This document shows positions 52,774 to 64,000 of a stretch of 64,000 nucleotides of DNA, in pieces. The DNA comes from Candidatus Yanofskybacteria bacterium RIFCSPHIGHO2_01_FULL_44_24. Its GTDB lineage: Bacteria; Patescibacteriota; Minisyncoccia; 2-02-FULL-40-12; GWA2-44-9. The stretch is from positions 80,818-144,817 of the forward strand of contig MGJK01000012.1 of the NCBI GenBank assembly GCA_001794215.1, written 5' to 3'. The position numbers were made by a program, and so were the translations under genes. The stretch's first letter is position 1; each line of letters opens with the position of its first letter. The notes under the pieces were generated by a model. It did not search any database and had not been told where the DNA came from. It was given only the letters and a program-made list of their open reading frames with translations.

Positions 52774-54194
52774 GAAGATTTTTTAGTAAGCAGAGAACCG
52801 TATATGGTGTCTTCGATTTCATAGCCCAGATTTTGTATCTGGGTTCTTATTTTGTCTGATTCTTTAAAATTCTTTTCTTCGCGGAATTTTTCGCGTTTTT
52901 CGACTAAAACTTCTATTGCGGGAGGGATTTCATCCTGAGTGTCCGGAACAATTCCGAGTATTGAGTTAATGTAGCTAAGCATCTGCGACGCTTCTTCTGC
53001 CCCTTTTTGTCCTATTGAATCGCTGGTCAGATCGGTGTTCATTCTTTTTATGAATTCAAATATAGCACCAAAGGCCTTGGGAGTATTAAAATCATCGGTC
53101 AAAGCTTCATCGAAGGCTTCTCTAAGGGCATAAGCAACGATTCCGTCGTTTTTGTTCCTTTCAATGTTCTCAAGTTTTTTTGTCAGCTCTTTTATTCTTT
53201 GAATACCTGCCCGCGCCTGTTTGAGCGCTTTATCGCTGAATTCAAGAGGCTGGCGGTAATGACCGCTCAAAAGATAAAATCGCAGAACCTCTTTCGGGTA
53301 TTGTTTCAACAATTCGTGAACTGTCGTGAAGTTACCCTTGGATTTAGACATTTTCTCCTCTTTGTTTATCAGAAATGCCACGTGCATCCAGTATTTAACA
53401 AAAGGTTTTTTGCCCGAGGCTGATTCTTGCTGGGTGATCTCGGCTTCATGGTGAGGGAATATCAAATCTTGTCCGCCGCCGTGGATATCATACTGCGGAC
53501 CGAAATAGTGCTCAGTGATGGCCGTATCCTCTATGTGCCAACCCGGCCGTCCCCAACCCAACGGTGTGGCCCAGGCAGGCTCACCGTCAGCAATTTCCAA
53601 TTTCCAATTTCCAATTTCCAATTCTTTACCAACTTTTACTAATTTCCAAAGGCAGAAGTCGCCCTTATTTCTTTTTTTGTCATTTTCATCTATCCGGCTG
53701 ACTGCATCGTCGGCCATCTGGGCTTTTCGTCCAGATAATTTCCCATAATCTTTGAATGTAGAAAGATCGAAATACCATCCGTCGCCTTCGATCAAGTAAG
53801 CATGTTTCCGGTCGATTAATGCTTTGACCTGTTTAACGACTTGCCCGATATGCTCCGTCGCCGGAACGTATTTGGGAGAGTCTATTCCGAGAGCCTTCAT
53901 GTCTTCTTCGAATTTTTGGCGGTATTCTTTTGCCCACATTAGAGGGTCTTTTTTATTTTCCTTGGCTCGCTGGATGATCTTGTCGTCTATATCTGTAATA
54001 TTCTGTATGTAATCAACTTGATAGCCTCGATATTTTAGATATTTGGCGACAACATCAAAAAAAACAAAAGTCCGGGCATTGCCGATATGAATATAGTCAT
54101 AAACCGTCGGTCCGCAGACAAACATTTGTATTTTTTTATTCTCGCGCGGAACTATTTTTTCTTTAGTTTTAGTAAGGGTGTTGTGGATGATCAT
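52770..54194 (-). CDS. cysS: Cysteinyl-tRNA synthetase (contains an in-frame insertion encoded by a 7-nt tandem repeat)
   Basis: Class I HIGH (HIGNARTF) and KMSKS (KMSKSKGN). GEPAWATPLGWGRPGWHIEDTAI is a CysRS zinc and anticodon region. The insert KELEIGNWKLEIAD is encoded by caatttc x5 at 53591-53625. Confidence 0.9.
   Translation of the reverse strand: MIIHNTLTKTKEKIVPRENKKIQMFVCGPTVYDYIHIGNARTFVFFDVVAKYLKYRGYQVDYIQNITDIDDKIIQRAKENKKDPLMWAKEYRQKFEEDMKALGIDSPKYVPATEHIGQVVKQVKALIDRKHAYLIEGDGWYFDLSTFKDYGKLSGRKAQMADDAVSRIDENDKKRNKGDFCLWKLVKVGKELEIGNWKLEIADGEPAWATPLGWGRPGWHIEDTAITEHYFGPQYDIHGGGQDLIFPHHEAEITQQESASGKKPFVKYWMHVAFLINKEEKMSKSKGNFTTVHELLKQYPKEVLRFYLLSGHYRQPLEFSDKALKQARAGIQRIKELTKKLENIERNKNDGIVAYALREAFDEALTDDFNTPKAFGAIFEFIKRMNTDLTSDSIGQKGAEEASQMLSYINSILGIVPDTQDEIPPAIEVLVEKREKFREEKNFKESDKIRTQIQNLGYEIEDTIYGSLLTKKSS
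53591..53625. repeat. Tandem heptanucleotide repeat (caatttc x4 plus caattct) inside the cysS coding sequence
   Basis: Read directly. 35 nt of 7-mer repeats, translated on the minus strand as (E)LEIGNWKLEIA. Confidence 0.85.
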
Positions 54195-54199
54195 ATCAA

Positions 54200-55507
54200 T
54201 TAAAACCAGGAGCCGATGAGGGCTCCGGCTTTATCGGCGGGGAATTCGGTTATAAACAATACTACTATCGCCGCTATCATTACCACAAGAGTAGTATAGC
54301 CGAGGATATTTGATGTTCGGCCGTTTACATTGGGGCCGACGATGGCGGGATTATTGGACATATGCAGGATTATGGATATCAGAAATGGAGCAACGATGCC
54401 ATGGATAATGGCCGTAAAGAATAAAGCTTGTATCGGGCTGATACCGGTATAGGTGATCATTAAACCGACAAGGGTTGAGAATATGATTACCATATAAAAA
54501 GCCTTAGCCTTAGAGAAGGGTCGGTCTAATCCGCCCTTCCAGTTGAATATCTCAGCCAAAACATAGGCTGATGATCCGGCTAATATCGGTATGGCAAGGA
54601 GTCCGGCGCCTATTACACCCAGAGAAAATAATATATACGCATAATCGCCGGCCAAGGGGCGTAAAGCTTCGGCTGCGTCTTTGACCGTTTCTATGTTGTG
54701 TATTCCGGCATTAAACAAAACGGAACTGGTGAGGGCGATTATAAAAAAACCGATTAGGTTCGAGAAAAACATTCCAAGCTTAGTATCTTTTGCGGCTCTT
54801 CTCAACTCGCTTCGTGTTACTATTTTGTATTCACAGATATAAGGACCGTCTTCGGACTTGTCTTTTATTCTTTTTTCTTCTGCCTCTTCACTGGCCTGCC
54901 AGAAAGCTAAGTAAGGAGAGATGGTAGTTCCGAACAGCGCTACTACGATAAGAAAGTTGTCTCTATTGATTTGAAACGAAGGAGCGATCATTTGCCAGGC
55001 CAATTTCGGCCATTCTTCGACAACTATGAAACCGGCCGCAATATATGCCAAAAGGGTCATCGAGAGCCACTTGAATATGACGACTATTTTTCTGTAGGGT
55101 AAAACTACGGTCAGGAAAAGAATTGCCACTACTATTATCCACGATAATAGTTGAGCTGACCCCGGCATTAAGAGCTCTATAGCTGAAGCCATACCGAAAA
55201 TATCCGCGCCTATGTTAAAGGTATTAGCCAGTATAATCAGAGAAGATATTAGTATCAGGGTGATCTTGGAATAATGTTTTTTGATGTTTCCGGCCAATCC
55301 GCACTGAGAAGCCAGTCCTATTTTAGCGCTCATCTCTTGCACCACGGTCATCAGGGGCAGGGTATAAAGCATAGACCAAAGGGCGTGAGGCCCCATTTTT
55401 GCTCCTGCAACCGAATAAGTGATGATTCCCGAGGGGTCATCGTCCGAAGCCCCGGTAATTAAGCCGGGCCCAAGCGATTTCCATAGATTTTTTATTTTCT
55501 GCAGCAT
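54200..55507 (-). CDS. mntH: NRAMP-family divalent metal (Mn2+/Fe2+) transporter
   Basis: GPGLITGASDDDPSGIITYSVAGAKMG ... MTVVQEMSAKIG is the NRAMP consensus. About 11 transmembrane helices. Confidence 0.85.
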   Translation of the reverse strand: MLQKIKNLWKSLGPGLITGASDDDPSGIITYSVAGAKMGPHALWSMLYTLPLMTVVQEMSAKIGLASQCGLAGNIKKHYSKITLILISSLIILANTFNIGADIFGMASAIELLMPGSAQLLSWIIVVAILFLTVVLPYRKIVVIFKWLSMTLLAYIAAGFIVVEEWPKLAWQMIAPSFQINRDNFLIVVALFGTTISPYLAFWQASEEAEEKRIKDKSEDGPYICEYKIVTRSELRRAAKDTKLGMFFSNLIGFFIIALTSSVLFNAGIHNIETVKDAAEALRPLAGDYAYILFSLGVIGAGLLAIPILAGSSAYVLAEIFNWKGGLDRPFSKAKAFYMVIIFSTLVGLMITYTGISPIQALFFTAIIHGIVAPFLISIILHMSNNPAIVGPNVNGRTSNILGYTTLVVMIAAIVVLFITEFPADKAGALIGSWF

Positions 55508-55570
55508 TATTGTGATTATATCATAAATTGAGCAATCGGCTTATCTGGCTGTTTGAATTTTTAGTATTTT

Positions 55571-56374
55571 ATGCTATTATTTTGTTTTCGCATCACTATG
55601 GCTGAAATATCCATCAAGGCGGAACCTATTTTTCATATCGGTTCTTTTGTTTTCACCAATTCCTACCTTTTATCCGTAATCGTGGTAGGAATTTTTGTTT
55701 GTTTATCTTTGTGGTTGAAAGATCATTTGAAAACCATTCCCGGCAAGCTTCAAAGCGTATTCGAGCTTTTAACTGAAGAAATTTTCAAGATGATGGATAC
55801 CGTATTGGGCTCTCGGAGCCTTTCTGAAAAGTATTTCCCGATCGTAACTACGGTTTTCCTTTTTGTATTACTGTCAAACTGGCTGGGCCTCCTCCCCGGA
55901 GCGGGTTCCCTGGGTATTCTGCATGAGATCCAGCATGAGGGAGAGTACCGGACTATCCTGGTGCCTTTTCTGAGGGCTCCTTCAGCCGACTTGAATTTTA
56001 CCGTTGCCCTTGCCCTGGCAGTTATGTTTGCTATTAACTTCTTTGGCTTGACCGCCCTGGGCATCAAGCGCTATGCCGGAAAATTCTTCAACTTTAAAAA
56101 CCCTATTTATACTTTTGTCGGCCTGCTTGAATTAATTTCAGAATTTGTTAAAATAATCTCGTTTTCGTTTCGTTTATTCGGTAATATATTTGCAGGCGAG
56201 GTACTGCTTATCATCATAGGATTCCTTGGCCCTTATTTTTTGCCGCTACCGTTCCTTTTTTTGGAAGTATTTGTAGGGTTTATTCAGGCGTTTATTTTCG
56301 CTATGCTCACGCTGGTATTCATAGGAATGTCCGTGAGTCATCACCCTGACACCCACCAAGCAGATATTTCTTAG
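55571..56374 (+). CDS. atpB: F0F1 ATP synthase subunit a
   Basis: LSNWLGLLPG ... FRLFGNIFAGEVLL, including the conserved Arg in the RLFGN motif. The likely start is the internal MAEISIK. Confidence 0.9.
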   Translation: MLLFCFRITMAEISIKAEPIFHIGSFVFTNSYLLSVIVVGIFVCLSLWLKDHLKTIPGKLQSVFELLTEEIFKMMDTVLGSRSLSEKYFPIVTTVFLFVLLSNWLGLLPGAGSLGILHEIQHEGEYRTILVPFLRAPSADLNFTVALALAVMFAINFFGLTALGIKRYAGKFFNFKNPIYTFVGLLELISEFVKIISFSFRLFGNIFAGEVLLIIIGFLGPYFLPLPFLFLEVFVGFIQAFIFAMLTLVFIGMSVSHHPDTHQADIS

Positions 56375-56510
56375 CAGCTGTCGCATAGACGCGAATTTAT
56401 TAAGTTCTTGCCAATAGCCTGATGAGTCCCGTCTGAACGCGGGAATAAAAGAAGCAACTGCTTGGTGGGTGTGAGGGATCGCGAAGAGGTCGAGCAACAT
56501 TAAATAACTA

Positions 56511-56845
<335 letters not shown>

Positions 56846-56961
56846 TTGATCTAATTTCTGATTAACCTAAAAAATATCTAATTTCTGAATTTTAGACATG
56901 GGTAGTTGTGAATTATTTAGAGCAATTAGGCTGATCGGATTCATTAGGTCAATTTCCGGTA

Positions 56962-57456
56962 TTGTCCGAACTCTTCTCCCAATTGGGGATAGAATGGAAG
57001 CTCCTCTTGGCTCAGGGGGTGAATTTTTTGATTTTGTTGGTTGTTTTAACCAAGCTTGTTTACAAGCCCTTGATGAGGATGGTGGAGGAGCGGAGGAAGA
57101 AGATAGAGCTTGGAGTTAAGGGAGGCGAGATGGCACAAAAGATCATCGAACGAGCCGAAGAAGAAAAGTCCGGGATAATTAGGGGAGCCGACAGTCGGGC
57201 AGTTGCTATTATTTCCGAAGCCGAGAAGGCAGCTAATAAAAAAGCGCAAGAGATTGCCCTCCAAGCCGATAAAAAAGCCCAGCAGACCCTGCGGGAAGTC
57301 CTCCTTTTGGCTGACAGGAAGCAGAAAGAAGAGATGGAAAAGGTTTCGGCCGAGGCTAAGAAGTTGGTTAAAGAGGCAATTATTAAAACCGTTGAATTAA
57401 AACCCGAACAGATTGATGATAAATTAATTGAGGATGCTATTAAGGGATTAGTGTAG
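56962..57456 (+). CDS. atpF: F0F1 ATP synthase subunit b
   Basis: N-terminal transmembrane helix (LLLAQGVNFLILLVVLTKLVY), then a long charged helix KPLMRMVEERRKKIE... The precise non-ATG start is uncertain. Confidence 0.75.
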   Translation: MSELFSQLGIEWKLLLAQGVNFLILLVVLTKLVYKPLMRMVEERRKKIELGVKGGEMAQKIIERAEEEKSGIIRGADSRAVAIISEAEKAANKKAQEIALQADKKAQQTLREVLLLADRKQKEEMEKVSAEAKKLVKEAIIKTVELKPEQIDDKLIEDAIKGLV

Positions 57457-57464
57457 AAAATAAT

Positions 57465-57833
57465 ATGCGCTATCCGTTAAACAATTATGTGGATGCGTTT
57501 ATGGAGGCTTTGGAAAAGGCATCCCAGGAAAAGGCCATCAGCGGTTTCGTCAGACTACTTAAAAAAACTGGCGACATAAAGGCAGCCGACAAAATATTTA
57601 CAGCCATCCATAAGAAAATGATTAATCTCGACGGAGGCAGATGGGTAAAGGTAGAAACGGCCAGAGAGATTTCAGAAAAGAAGCTCGAAGCACTGGAACA
57701 TAAGTTTTCAAAAAAAGATCATGCTGTTTTCAGTATAAATCCTGATTTGGTGGCTGGGCTGAGGGTTACAGTTAACGGGGAAGAGGAGTTGGATAATTCT
57801 CTGCAGAATAAACTAAATAAGTTATTTAAATGA
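57465..57833 (+). CDS. atpH: F0F1 ATP synthase subunit delta (OSCP), shortened
   Basis: 122 aa. The C-terminal [26 protein letters not shown] matches the OSCP C-terminus. The position between atpF and atpA fits. Confidence 0.65.
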   Translation: MRYPLNNYVDAFMEALEKASQEKAISGFVRLLKKTGDIKAADKIFTAIHKKMINLDGGRWVKVETAREISEKKLEALEHKFSKKDHAVFSINPDLVAGLRVTVNGEEELDNSLQNKLNKLFK

Positions 57834-59356
57834 GCTACGAAATAATAGAAAAACTGAAGAAAGAGATCGCCGGCTATAAAGATGAAACGAAATTTGAAAC
57901 AGTCGGTATCGTTACCGAGGTTGGTGATGGTATCGCCAAAATTTCTGGCTTATCCAAGGCGTTGAGCCAGGAATTATTAACCGTCGAGACTAATAGCGGT
58001 AATGTTTCTTCGATTGCTTTTAACCTTGAAGAGAATTTCGTCGGGGCCGTTATCTTAGGAGACGCCCAGACAGTCAAAGTAGGCGATAGAGTCCATCAGA
58101 CGGGTAAAGTCGTTTCTATTCCCGTAGGAGATGAATTGATCGGCCGAGTCGTTGATCCTTTGGGCAATCCGCTGGACAATAAGGGAGTAATTTTTACTAA
58201 ACCGGAAAAGGCTAAAAATTATCCTCTTGAACGTTCAGCTCCGTCGGTTGTGGCCCGCGAATCGGTAAATACCCCGGTTCATACGGGAATTAAGGCTATT
58301 GACGCCATGATTCCGATCGGCCGAGGCCAACGAGAGCTTATTATCGGGGATAGGCAGACCGGTAAAACCGCTATTGTTTTAGATACAATTTTAAATCAGG
58401 GACAAGATGCCGGCCGTCGACAAATGATTTGTATCTATGTTGCCGTTGGTCAGAAGAATTCCAAAGTTGCCAAAATCGTGAAAACCCTCGAGGAAAAAGG
58501 CGCCCTCAAATACACTATTGTCGTTTCAGCCCCGGCTTCTTCTCCGGCTTCAGTTCAGTATCTTGCTCCTTTCGCCGGGTGTGCAATCGGAGAGTATTTT
58601 ATGGACAACGGACAGGATGCCCTTGTCATATATGATGATTTATCAAAGCACGCCGATTCCTACAGGCAACTGTCTTTGTTGCTGAGGAGGCCGCCGGGCC
58701 GGGAGGCTTATCCGGGAGATGTATTTTATCTTCATGCCCGGTTGCTTGAAAGAGCCGCTAAATTAAATCAAGAACTCGGCGGAGGTTCTCTTACGGCCTT
58801 GCCCATTATCGAGACCCAGCTTGGCGATGTTTCCGCTTATATTCCCACCAATGTTATTTCTATTACCGACGGTCAGATATATCTTGAATCCGACCTTTTC
58901 TACAAGGGGTTGAGGCCGGCGGTTAATGCCGGACTATCCGTCTCCCGTGTCGGATCTTCGGCTCAGACCAAAGCCATGAAAAAGGTTGCCGGTAAGTTAA
59001 GATTAGAGCTTGCTCAGTTCAGAGAATTGCAGGCATTCGTTCAGTTTGCTTCGGACTTGGATGAGAATACGAAAAAGCAGATTGCCCGTGGACAGCGTCT
59101 CACTGAGATCTTAAAGCAGGTTGACAGCGCGCCCATCTCATTTGAGAAAGAGGTCTTAGCTATATATATGGCGACGAATGGATACCTGGATGATGTAAAA
59201 GTTGAAGAGGTTCGGTCGGTTGCCGAAAAAATGATAGATAATCTTGAAAAACTGCACGGAGACATTCTGAAAAAAATCAGAGAGACCAATCAGATGGATG
59301 ATAGTACCGAAACACAGATGAAGTCGGCGTTCGATGAATTGAAAAATGTTGGTTAG
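57830..59356 (+). CDS. atpA: F0F1 ATP synthase subunit alpha
   Basis: 508 aa. [10 protein letters not shown] Walker A, and [43 protein letters not shown]. Confidence 0.95.
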   Translation: MSYEIIEKLKKEIAGYKDETKFETVGIVTEVGDGIAKISGLSKALSQELLTVETNSGNVSSIAFNLEENFVGAVILGDAQTVKVGDRVHQTGKVVSIPVGDELIGRVVDPLGNPLDNKGVIFTKPEKAKNYPLERSAPSVVARESVNTPVHTGIKAIDAMIPIGRGQRELIIGDRQTGKTAIVLDTILNQGQDAGRRQMICIYVAVGQKNSKVAKIVKTLEEKGALKYTIVVSAPASSPASVQYLAPFAGCAIGEYFMDNGQDALVIYDDLSKHADSYRQLSLLLRRPPGREAYPGDVFYLHARLLERAAKLNQELGGGSLTALPIIETQLGDVSAYIPTNVISITDGQIYLESDLFYKGLRPAVNAGLSVSRVGSSAQTKAMKKVAGKLRLELAQFRELQAFVQFASDLDENTKKQIARGQRLTEILKQVDSAPISFEKEVLAIYMATNGYLDDVKVEEVRSVAEKMIDNLEKLHGDILKKIRETNQMDDSTETQMKSAFDELKNVG

Positions 59357-59388
59357 CAGTTTCTTGAGATAGTATAAAATTAAAAAAT

Positions 59389-59463
59389 CAAAGTTCAAAA
59401 TGACAATGCAAAATGAAAAGTTTTCCGATCATTTTAAATCCTAAACTGTCATTTTCCACTTTG
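59389..59463. repeat. Imperfect inverted repeat (caaagttcaaaatgaca ... tgtcattttccactttg) enclosing a caaaatg heptamer word, in the atpA-atpG spacer
   Basis: Read directly. The 17-nt arms have 14-15 complementary positions. The loop contains aatgcaaaatgaaaag. Confidence 0.6.
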
Positions 59464-59517
59464 ATGTTTACATTTTAAATCAAAAAGCCCTTCTCGAATG
59501 AGTCGGGCCGTAGGAGA

Positions 59518-59709
59518 TTAGTTTGATGAATCTTTTGTAAAAATAGTGCCTAATTTCAGAAACTGTAGAGATATAATGAGGGTGCCTAACATTATCAGAG
59601 AGGCACTGGTAAGATTGTTACACCATCCTAACGTCAGACTGAGACCCCCGATTACGGATACCGGGACCATCAGCAAAAAGAAATATCCCAGAACTTTAGT
59701 CTTTTTCAT
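59518..59709 (-). CDS. Small membrane protein encoded antisense within the atp operon spacer, hypothetical
   Basis: 63 aa with two hydrophobic helices. No homology. May be spurious. Confidence 0.2.
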   Translation of the reverse strand: MKKTKVLGYFFLLMVPVSVIGGLSLTLGWCNNLTSASLIMLGTLIISLQFLKLGTIFTKDSSN

Positions 59710-59768
59710 CCTAACCTCGTATTGTTAAATTTAAGCAGCTGGTCAGATAGTAGTTTATAAAATTAGCC

Positions 59769-60737
59769 ATGTCAATAATTGAAGTCAAAAATAGAATAAA
59801 AGCCGTTAAGAATATCGGACAAATCACGAAAGCGATGGAAGTTGTGGCGGCGACGAAGATGAGAAAGAGCCAGGAAGTGGCTCTGCATTCGCGTCCCTAC
59901 GCTTTTAAGGCGCTTTATTTGCTTTCGACCTTAGCTAAGCACGCAGAAGTTAAGACAAAACTGATGGAGGTTCGCCATATAAAAAAGACTCTCTTGGTTA
60001 TCGTTACCTCCGACAGGGGACTTGCCGGTTCTTTTAATTCCCAGGTTTTCAGGATGGCCGATTCCTTTTTGAAATCATATCAGGATATCGGAAATGACGG
60101 ACTGAAGGTTATCGCGGTTGGCAAGAAGGCTATTTCTTATGCCGGGAAAAAGAAACTCAACATGGTTGACGGTTTTTCGGGATTCGGAGATTTTGTAGAG
60201 CCGGCAGAGACCTATCATTTGTCGGATAAAATCACCTCAGCTTTTCTTTCGGGCGAGTGGGACAGAGTTATAACCATTTCGACTCATTTCCGTACGACTC
60301 TCAAGCAGGAGGTTTTAATGAGGCAGATTTTACCGGTTGATTTGGAAAAAATTCAGAAAACAATCGACGAAATTATTCCAGAATCAGGCCGATTTGCCGG
60401 ATTGAGAGTAGAAAGTAGAAAGTTGAAGGTAGGAAATTCAGATTCAGAGCCACTTTCCACGCCCCACCTTTCACACTCTCCGGATTACATTTTTGAACCA
60501 AGTCCGGCGGAGTTAATTGAATCCCTCGTCGATCACTTGGTTAAAATGGAGGTTTATCATCTTGTTTTAGAGGCCAATGCCTCGGAACATTCGGCGCGGA
60601 TGGTGGCAATGAAAACAGCCTCCGATAATGCCCAAGAACTTTCCGAAAATCTAAATTTAGAGTATAATAAGGCGCGTCAGGCTGGAATCACGAAAGAGTT
60701 AATTGAGATCACGTCTGCAGTGAATACACTGCAGTAA
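59769..60737 (+). CDS. atpG: F0F1 ATP synthase subunit gamma (with an internal insertion of about 30 aa)
   Basis: IKAVKNIGQITKAMEVVAATKMRKSQ at the N-terminus and ITKELIEITSAVNTLQ at the C-terminus. The extra segment GNSDSEPLSTPHLSHSPDY lies in the middle. Confidence 0.9.
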   Translation: MSIIEVKNRIKAVKNIGQITKAMEVVAATKMRKSQEVALHSRPYAFKALYLLSTLAKHAEVKTKLMEVRHIKKTLLVIVTSDRGLAGSFNSQVFRMADSFLKSYQDIGNDGLKVIAVGKKAISYAGKKKLNMVDGFSGFGDFVEPAETYHLSDKITSAFLSGEWDRVITISTHFRTTLKQEVLMRQILPVDLEKIQKTIDEIIPESGRFAGLRVESRKLKVGNSDSEPLSTPHLSHSPDYIFEPSPAELIESLVDHLVKMEVYHLVLEANASEHSARMVAMKTASDNAQELSENLNLEYNKARQAGITKELIEITSAVNTLQ

Positions 60738-60744
60738 ATCCGAA

Positions 60745-62214
<1,470 letters not shown>

Positions 62215-62230
62215 TAGGTAGAACGTAGCT

Positions 62231-62587
62231 ATGGCTAAAAATTATGAAAACTTAAATATTTGGAAGAAGAGCATAGACTTTGCCTCTTTCATATATAGGA
62301 CCACAAAGAACTTTCCCAGAGAAGAATTCTATGGACTCGTTTCCCAGATTAGGAGAGCCGTTGTATCGATATCTTCTAACATAGCAGAGGGCGCAGGGAG
62401 AGGTTCTAAGAAAGAATTCTCAAGATTTATTTCGATAGCATCCGGATCCCTCAATGAGGTTGAGGGTCAGCTCCATATAGCTAGTAATCTAGATTATATA
62501 AAGAAAGAAGACTTTGAGAAAGTCCTGGAACTTATTAAAGATCGGGGCAGTATGTTAGGTGGTTTTCAAAAATTTCTTAAGAAATAA
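62231..62587 (+). CDS. Four-helix-bundle protein (TIGR02436 / so-called 23S rRNA intervening-sequence protein family)
   Basis: RRAVVSISSNIAEGAGRGSKKEFSRFISIASGSLNEVEGQLHIA is the family signature. Inserted between atpD and atpC. Confidence 0.8.
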   Translation: MAKNYENLNIWKKSIDFASFIYRTTKNFPREEFYGLVSQIRRAVVSISSNIAEGAGRGSKKEFSRFISIASGSLNEVEGQLHIASNLDYIKKEDFEKVLELIKDRGSMLGGFQKFLKK

Positions 62588-62619
62588 ACCACTTACTACA
62601 TTCTACCTTCTACGCTCCA

Positions 62620-62859
62620 ATGCGCTTAAGCATTATTTCATTGAAGGGTATTCAATTTGAAGGAGATGCCGCTTCGCTGAACCTAAAGACAAGAAGCGGA
62701 GAGATTACCGTTCTCGATCACCATCGTCCTTTGGTTGCTCAGTTATCTTCGGGGCAAGCCATAGTTACGAAGCCAGACGGTAATAAAATGGAATTTTATA
62801 TCGCCTCCGGATTTTTAGAAGTAGGAGGAAATAATCAGGTCACCATACTTGCAGGGTAG
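62620..62859 (+). CDS. atpC: F0F1 ATP synthase subunit epsilon, N-terminal beta-sandwich domain only (C-terminal helices absent)
   Basis: 79 aa. MRLSIISLKGIQFEGDAASLNLKTRSGEITVLDHHRPLVAQLSSGQAIV matches the epsilon N-terminus. Stop comes right after the beta-domain. Confidence 0.75.
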   Translation: MRLSIISLKGIQFEGDAASLNLKTRSGEITVLDHHRPLVAQLSSGQAIVTKPDGNKMEFYIASGFLEVGGNNQVTILAG

Positions 62860-63382
62860 TTCTTGTGGTGGTATAATATATCTCGGCACATTAAACCAAA
62901 AGGCGGGCATGAAAAAGACACAAACAAAAAAAGCGAAGAGGGAGTATGTCTACAGGGGCAAATCCCGCTTAGAGCACTATAAGGCAGGTGCTTTCGTTGT
63001 TCGATGTCTTGATAGCCGCTTTTGGAAGATCGCCAAGCGGTTTATAAAGAGCTTGGGCCTAAAGCATATTGATCCGGCTTTTCCTGCCGGCGGGTCCAAA
63101 GTTTTCTCTTCGCCGTTTGACGAGCATGAGACCGAACATTATCTGGGCCAGATAGCCAAATCAATCGGGCTACATCATACGGAAAGAGTAATGCTTTTTT
63201 CCCATCACGATTGCGGAGCGTATGGAGGATTTGTTCATTTTGGAAATGATCCGGCGAAGGAATTAGAGTTTCACCGGGGGGAGCACAGGAAAGCCGTCGC
63301 GGCAATCAAGAAAAGATTCCCTCGATTGAAGGTAGAGACCTACTTTATTGATCCGGACGGGATTATTGAGACAACGAGTTAA
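62849..63382 (+). CDS. Beta-class carbonic anhydrase-like protein
   Basis: CLDSRF (CxDSR) and HHDCGAYGG (HxxCG) zinc-ligand motifs. The likely start is the internal MKKTQTKK around 62909. Followed by the terminator gccgagcttagctcggc+gttttctttt. Confidence 0.5.
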   Translation: MQGSSCGGIIYLGTLNQKAGMKKTQTKKAKREYVYRGKSRLEHYKAGAFVVRCLDSRFWKIAKRFIKSLGLKHIDPAFPAGGSKVFSSPFDEHETEHYLGQIAKSIGLHHTERVMLFSHHDCGAYGGFVHFGNDPAKELEFHRGEHRKAVAAIKKRFPRLKVETYFIDPDGIIETTS

Positions 63383-63428
63383 TGATGAGGCCGAGCTTAG
63401 CTCGGCGTTTTCTTTTCGGGGCGGTTGA

Positions 63429-63455
63429 TTAGCACTCTTGACTTGGGAGTGCTAA
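63429..63455 (+). promoter_or_regulatory. CIRCE operator (HrcA binding site)
   Basis: ttagcactc-N9-gagtgctaa is a perfect match to the CIRCE consensus TTAGCACTC-N9-GAGTGCTAA. It lies about 150 nt upstream of hrcA. Confidence 0.85.
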
Positions 63456-63606
63456 TTTAATAAAATGTCCCTATGCTCGGTAACACAGCCTCCAAAGGTT
63501 TTTAGCCGATCGAATTGTAATACCGGGTAGATAGTATAACTTATTCAGTCTTTAGTTGTCTGGTTTTTCACAAAACCTTAAGGTGATTGGAGTCTGATAT
63601 GCCGGG

Positions 63607-64000
63607 ATGCTTACCGATAGACAGGAAAAACTGCTTAATATTCTGATCGACCGGTATATCAAAACAGCTGAGCCGGTCAGCTCAAAGTCCTTAGTCAATT
63701 CGAGGTTTTTTAACCTAAGTTCGGCCACTCTGAGAAACGAGATGAATGACCTTGAAAGCAGGGGCTATTTAACTCAGCTTCATACTTCGGGCGGGAGAAT
63801 TCCGACTGACAGGGCCTATCGTTTCTATGTGGATAACTTGATAAGCTCTGAAGATTTAGATATTTATCCCAATTGTCAGAAAAGGATTGACGCCACTCTG
63901 TCCGGTGTCGGCGACGATCCTCGTGAAATCAATAAAATAATGGCACAGCTTTTATCGGATCTTTCCGACAACGTTGTTATTGCGGGCATAGCCGAAGAGG
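63607..64000 (+). CDS. hrcA: Heat-inducible transcription repressor HrcA (N-terminal part; runs off the window end)
   Basis: MLTDRQEKLLNILIDRYIKTAEPVSSKSL ... LRNEMNDLESRGYLTQLHTSGGRIPTDRAYRFYVD is a canonical HrcA wHTH N-terminus. Confidence 0.9.
   Translation, partial: MLTDRQEKLLNILIDRYIKTAEPVSSKSLVNSRFFNLSSATLRNEMNDLESRGYLTQLHTSGGRIPTDRAYRFYVDNLISSEDLDIYPNCQKRIDATLSGVGDDPREINKIMAQLLSDLSDNVVIAGIAEE

Noticed and set aside
53199-54012. Plus-strand ORFs 53199-53423, 53427-53642, 53515-53748 and 53824-54012 inside cysS
   Set aside because: They are antisense to CysRS. One of them merely translates the heptamer repeat tract.
56898-57119. ORF 56898-57119 and others (57046-57264 minus, 57203-57400 plus) around atpF
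   Set aside because: They are alternative or antisense frames overlapping the ATP synthase b-subunit gene. The b subunit, with a transmembrane helix plus a charged helix, is the supported reading.

Overview
The window reads as a gene-dense stretch of a small-genome bacterium. The gene content suggests a CPR/Patescibacteria-like lineage, but that is inference from what is present: a reduced F1Fo ATP synthase operon, a short eukaryote/archaeal-type AspRS, many small hypothetical membrane proteins, and no UGA recoding. The core genes are hpf, secA, an NAD-epimerase, a DsbA-VKOR pair, secD/secF, ddl, aspS, a DacA-like carboxypeptidase, mraY, an MsbA-like ABC exporter, ftsW, rpsT, uvrB, ruvA, cysS, an NRAMP transporter, atpBEFHAGDC, and a CIRCE site followed by hrcA. 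One tRNA-Lys(UUU) lies at about 29.9 kb. A roughly 8.7-kb accessory island sits there, carrying a GIY-YIG nuclease gene, duplicated 5' fragments of the tRNA, and the C-terminal remnant of a large serine recombinase. Most of its cargo genes form single-gene units, each with its own terminator. The most unusual content is an operon-like cluster at 33.4-38.1 kb. It holds a MoxR-type AAA+ ATPase, a VWA protein with an N-terminal HExxH zincin-like domain, a weakly nucleotidyltransferase-like protein, and three paralogous ~180-aa proteins of unknown function with conserved PKFRIPxWP and VKKxFEPxxPFxV motifs. This cluster is a candidate vWA-MoxR-type conflict or signalling system with a new third component. 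Other notable items follow. An operon encodes a MutT-homologue-1 (MTH1)-like NUDIX hydrolase, a cytidylyltransferase-like domain fused to a diadenylate cyclase (DAC) domain, a second NUDIX hydrolase and YvcK. An intergenic repeat family occurs at four or more loci, built from hairpin-forming modules, including a 69/70-identical inverted copy 41 kb apart and compensatory stem changes. There are also 7-bp periodic A/T-rich repeats upstream of several genes and inside secA and cysS, a SEC-C zinc motif appended to an epimerase, three copies of a GC-rich 20/21-bp palindrome, and a split-looking type-IV coupling-protein-like ATPase with an RD-rich tail. Coordinates for hand-called features (tRNA, repeats, motifs, small ORFs, terminators) are approximate, within about 2 nt. 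Translation-based ORF coordinates come from the supplied ORF track.
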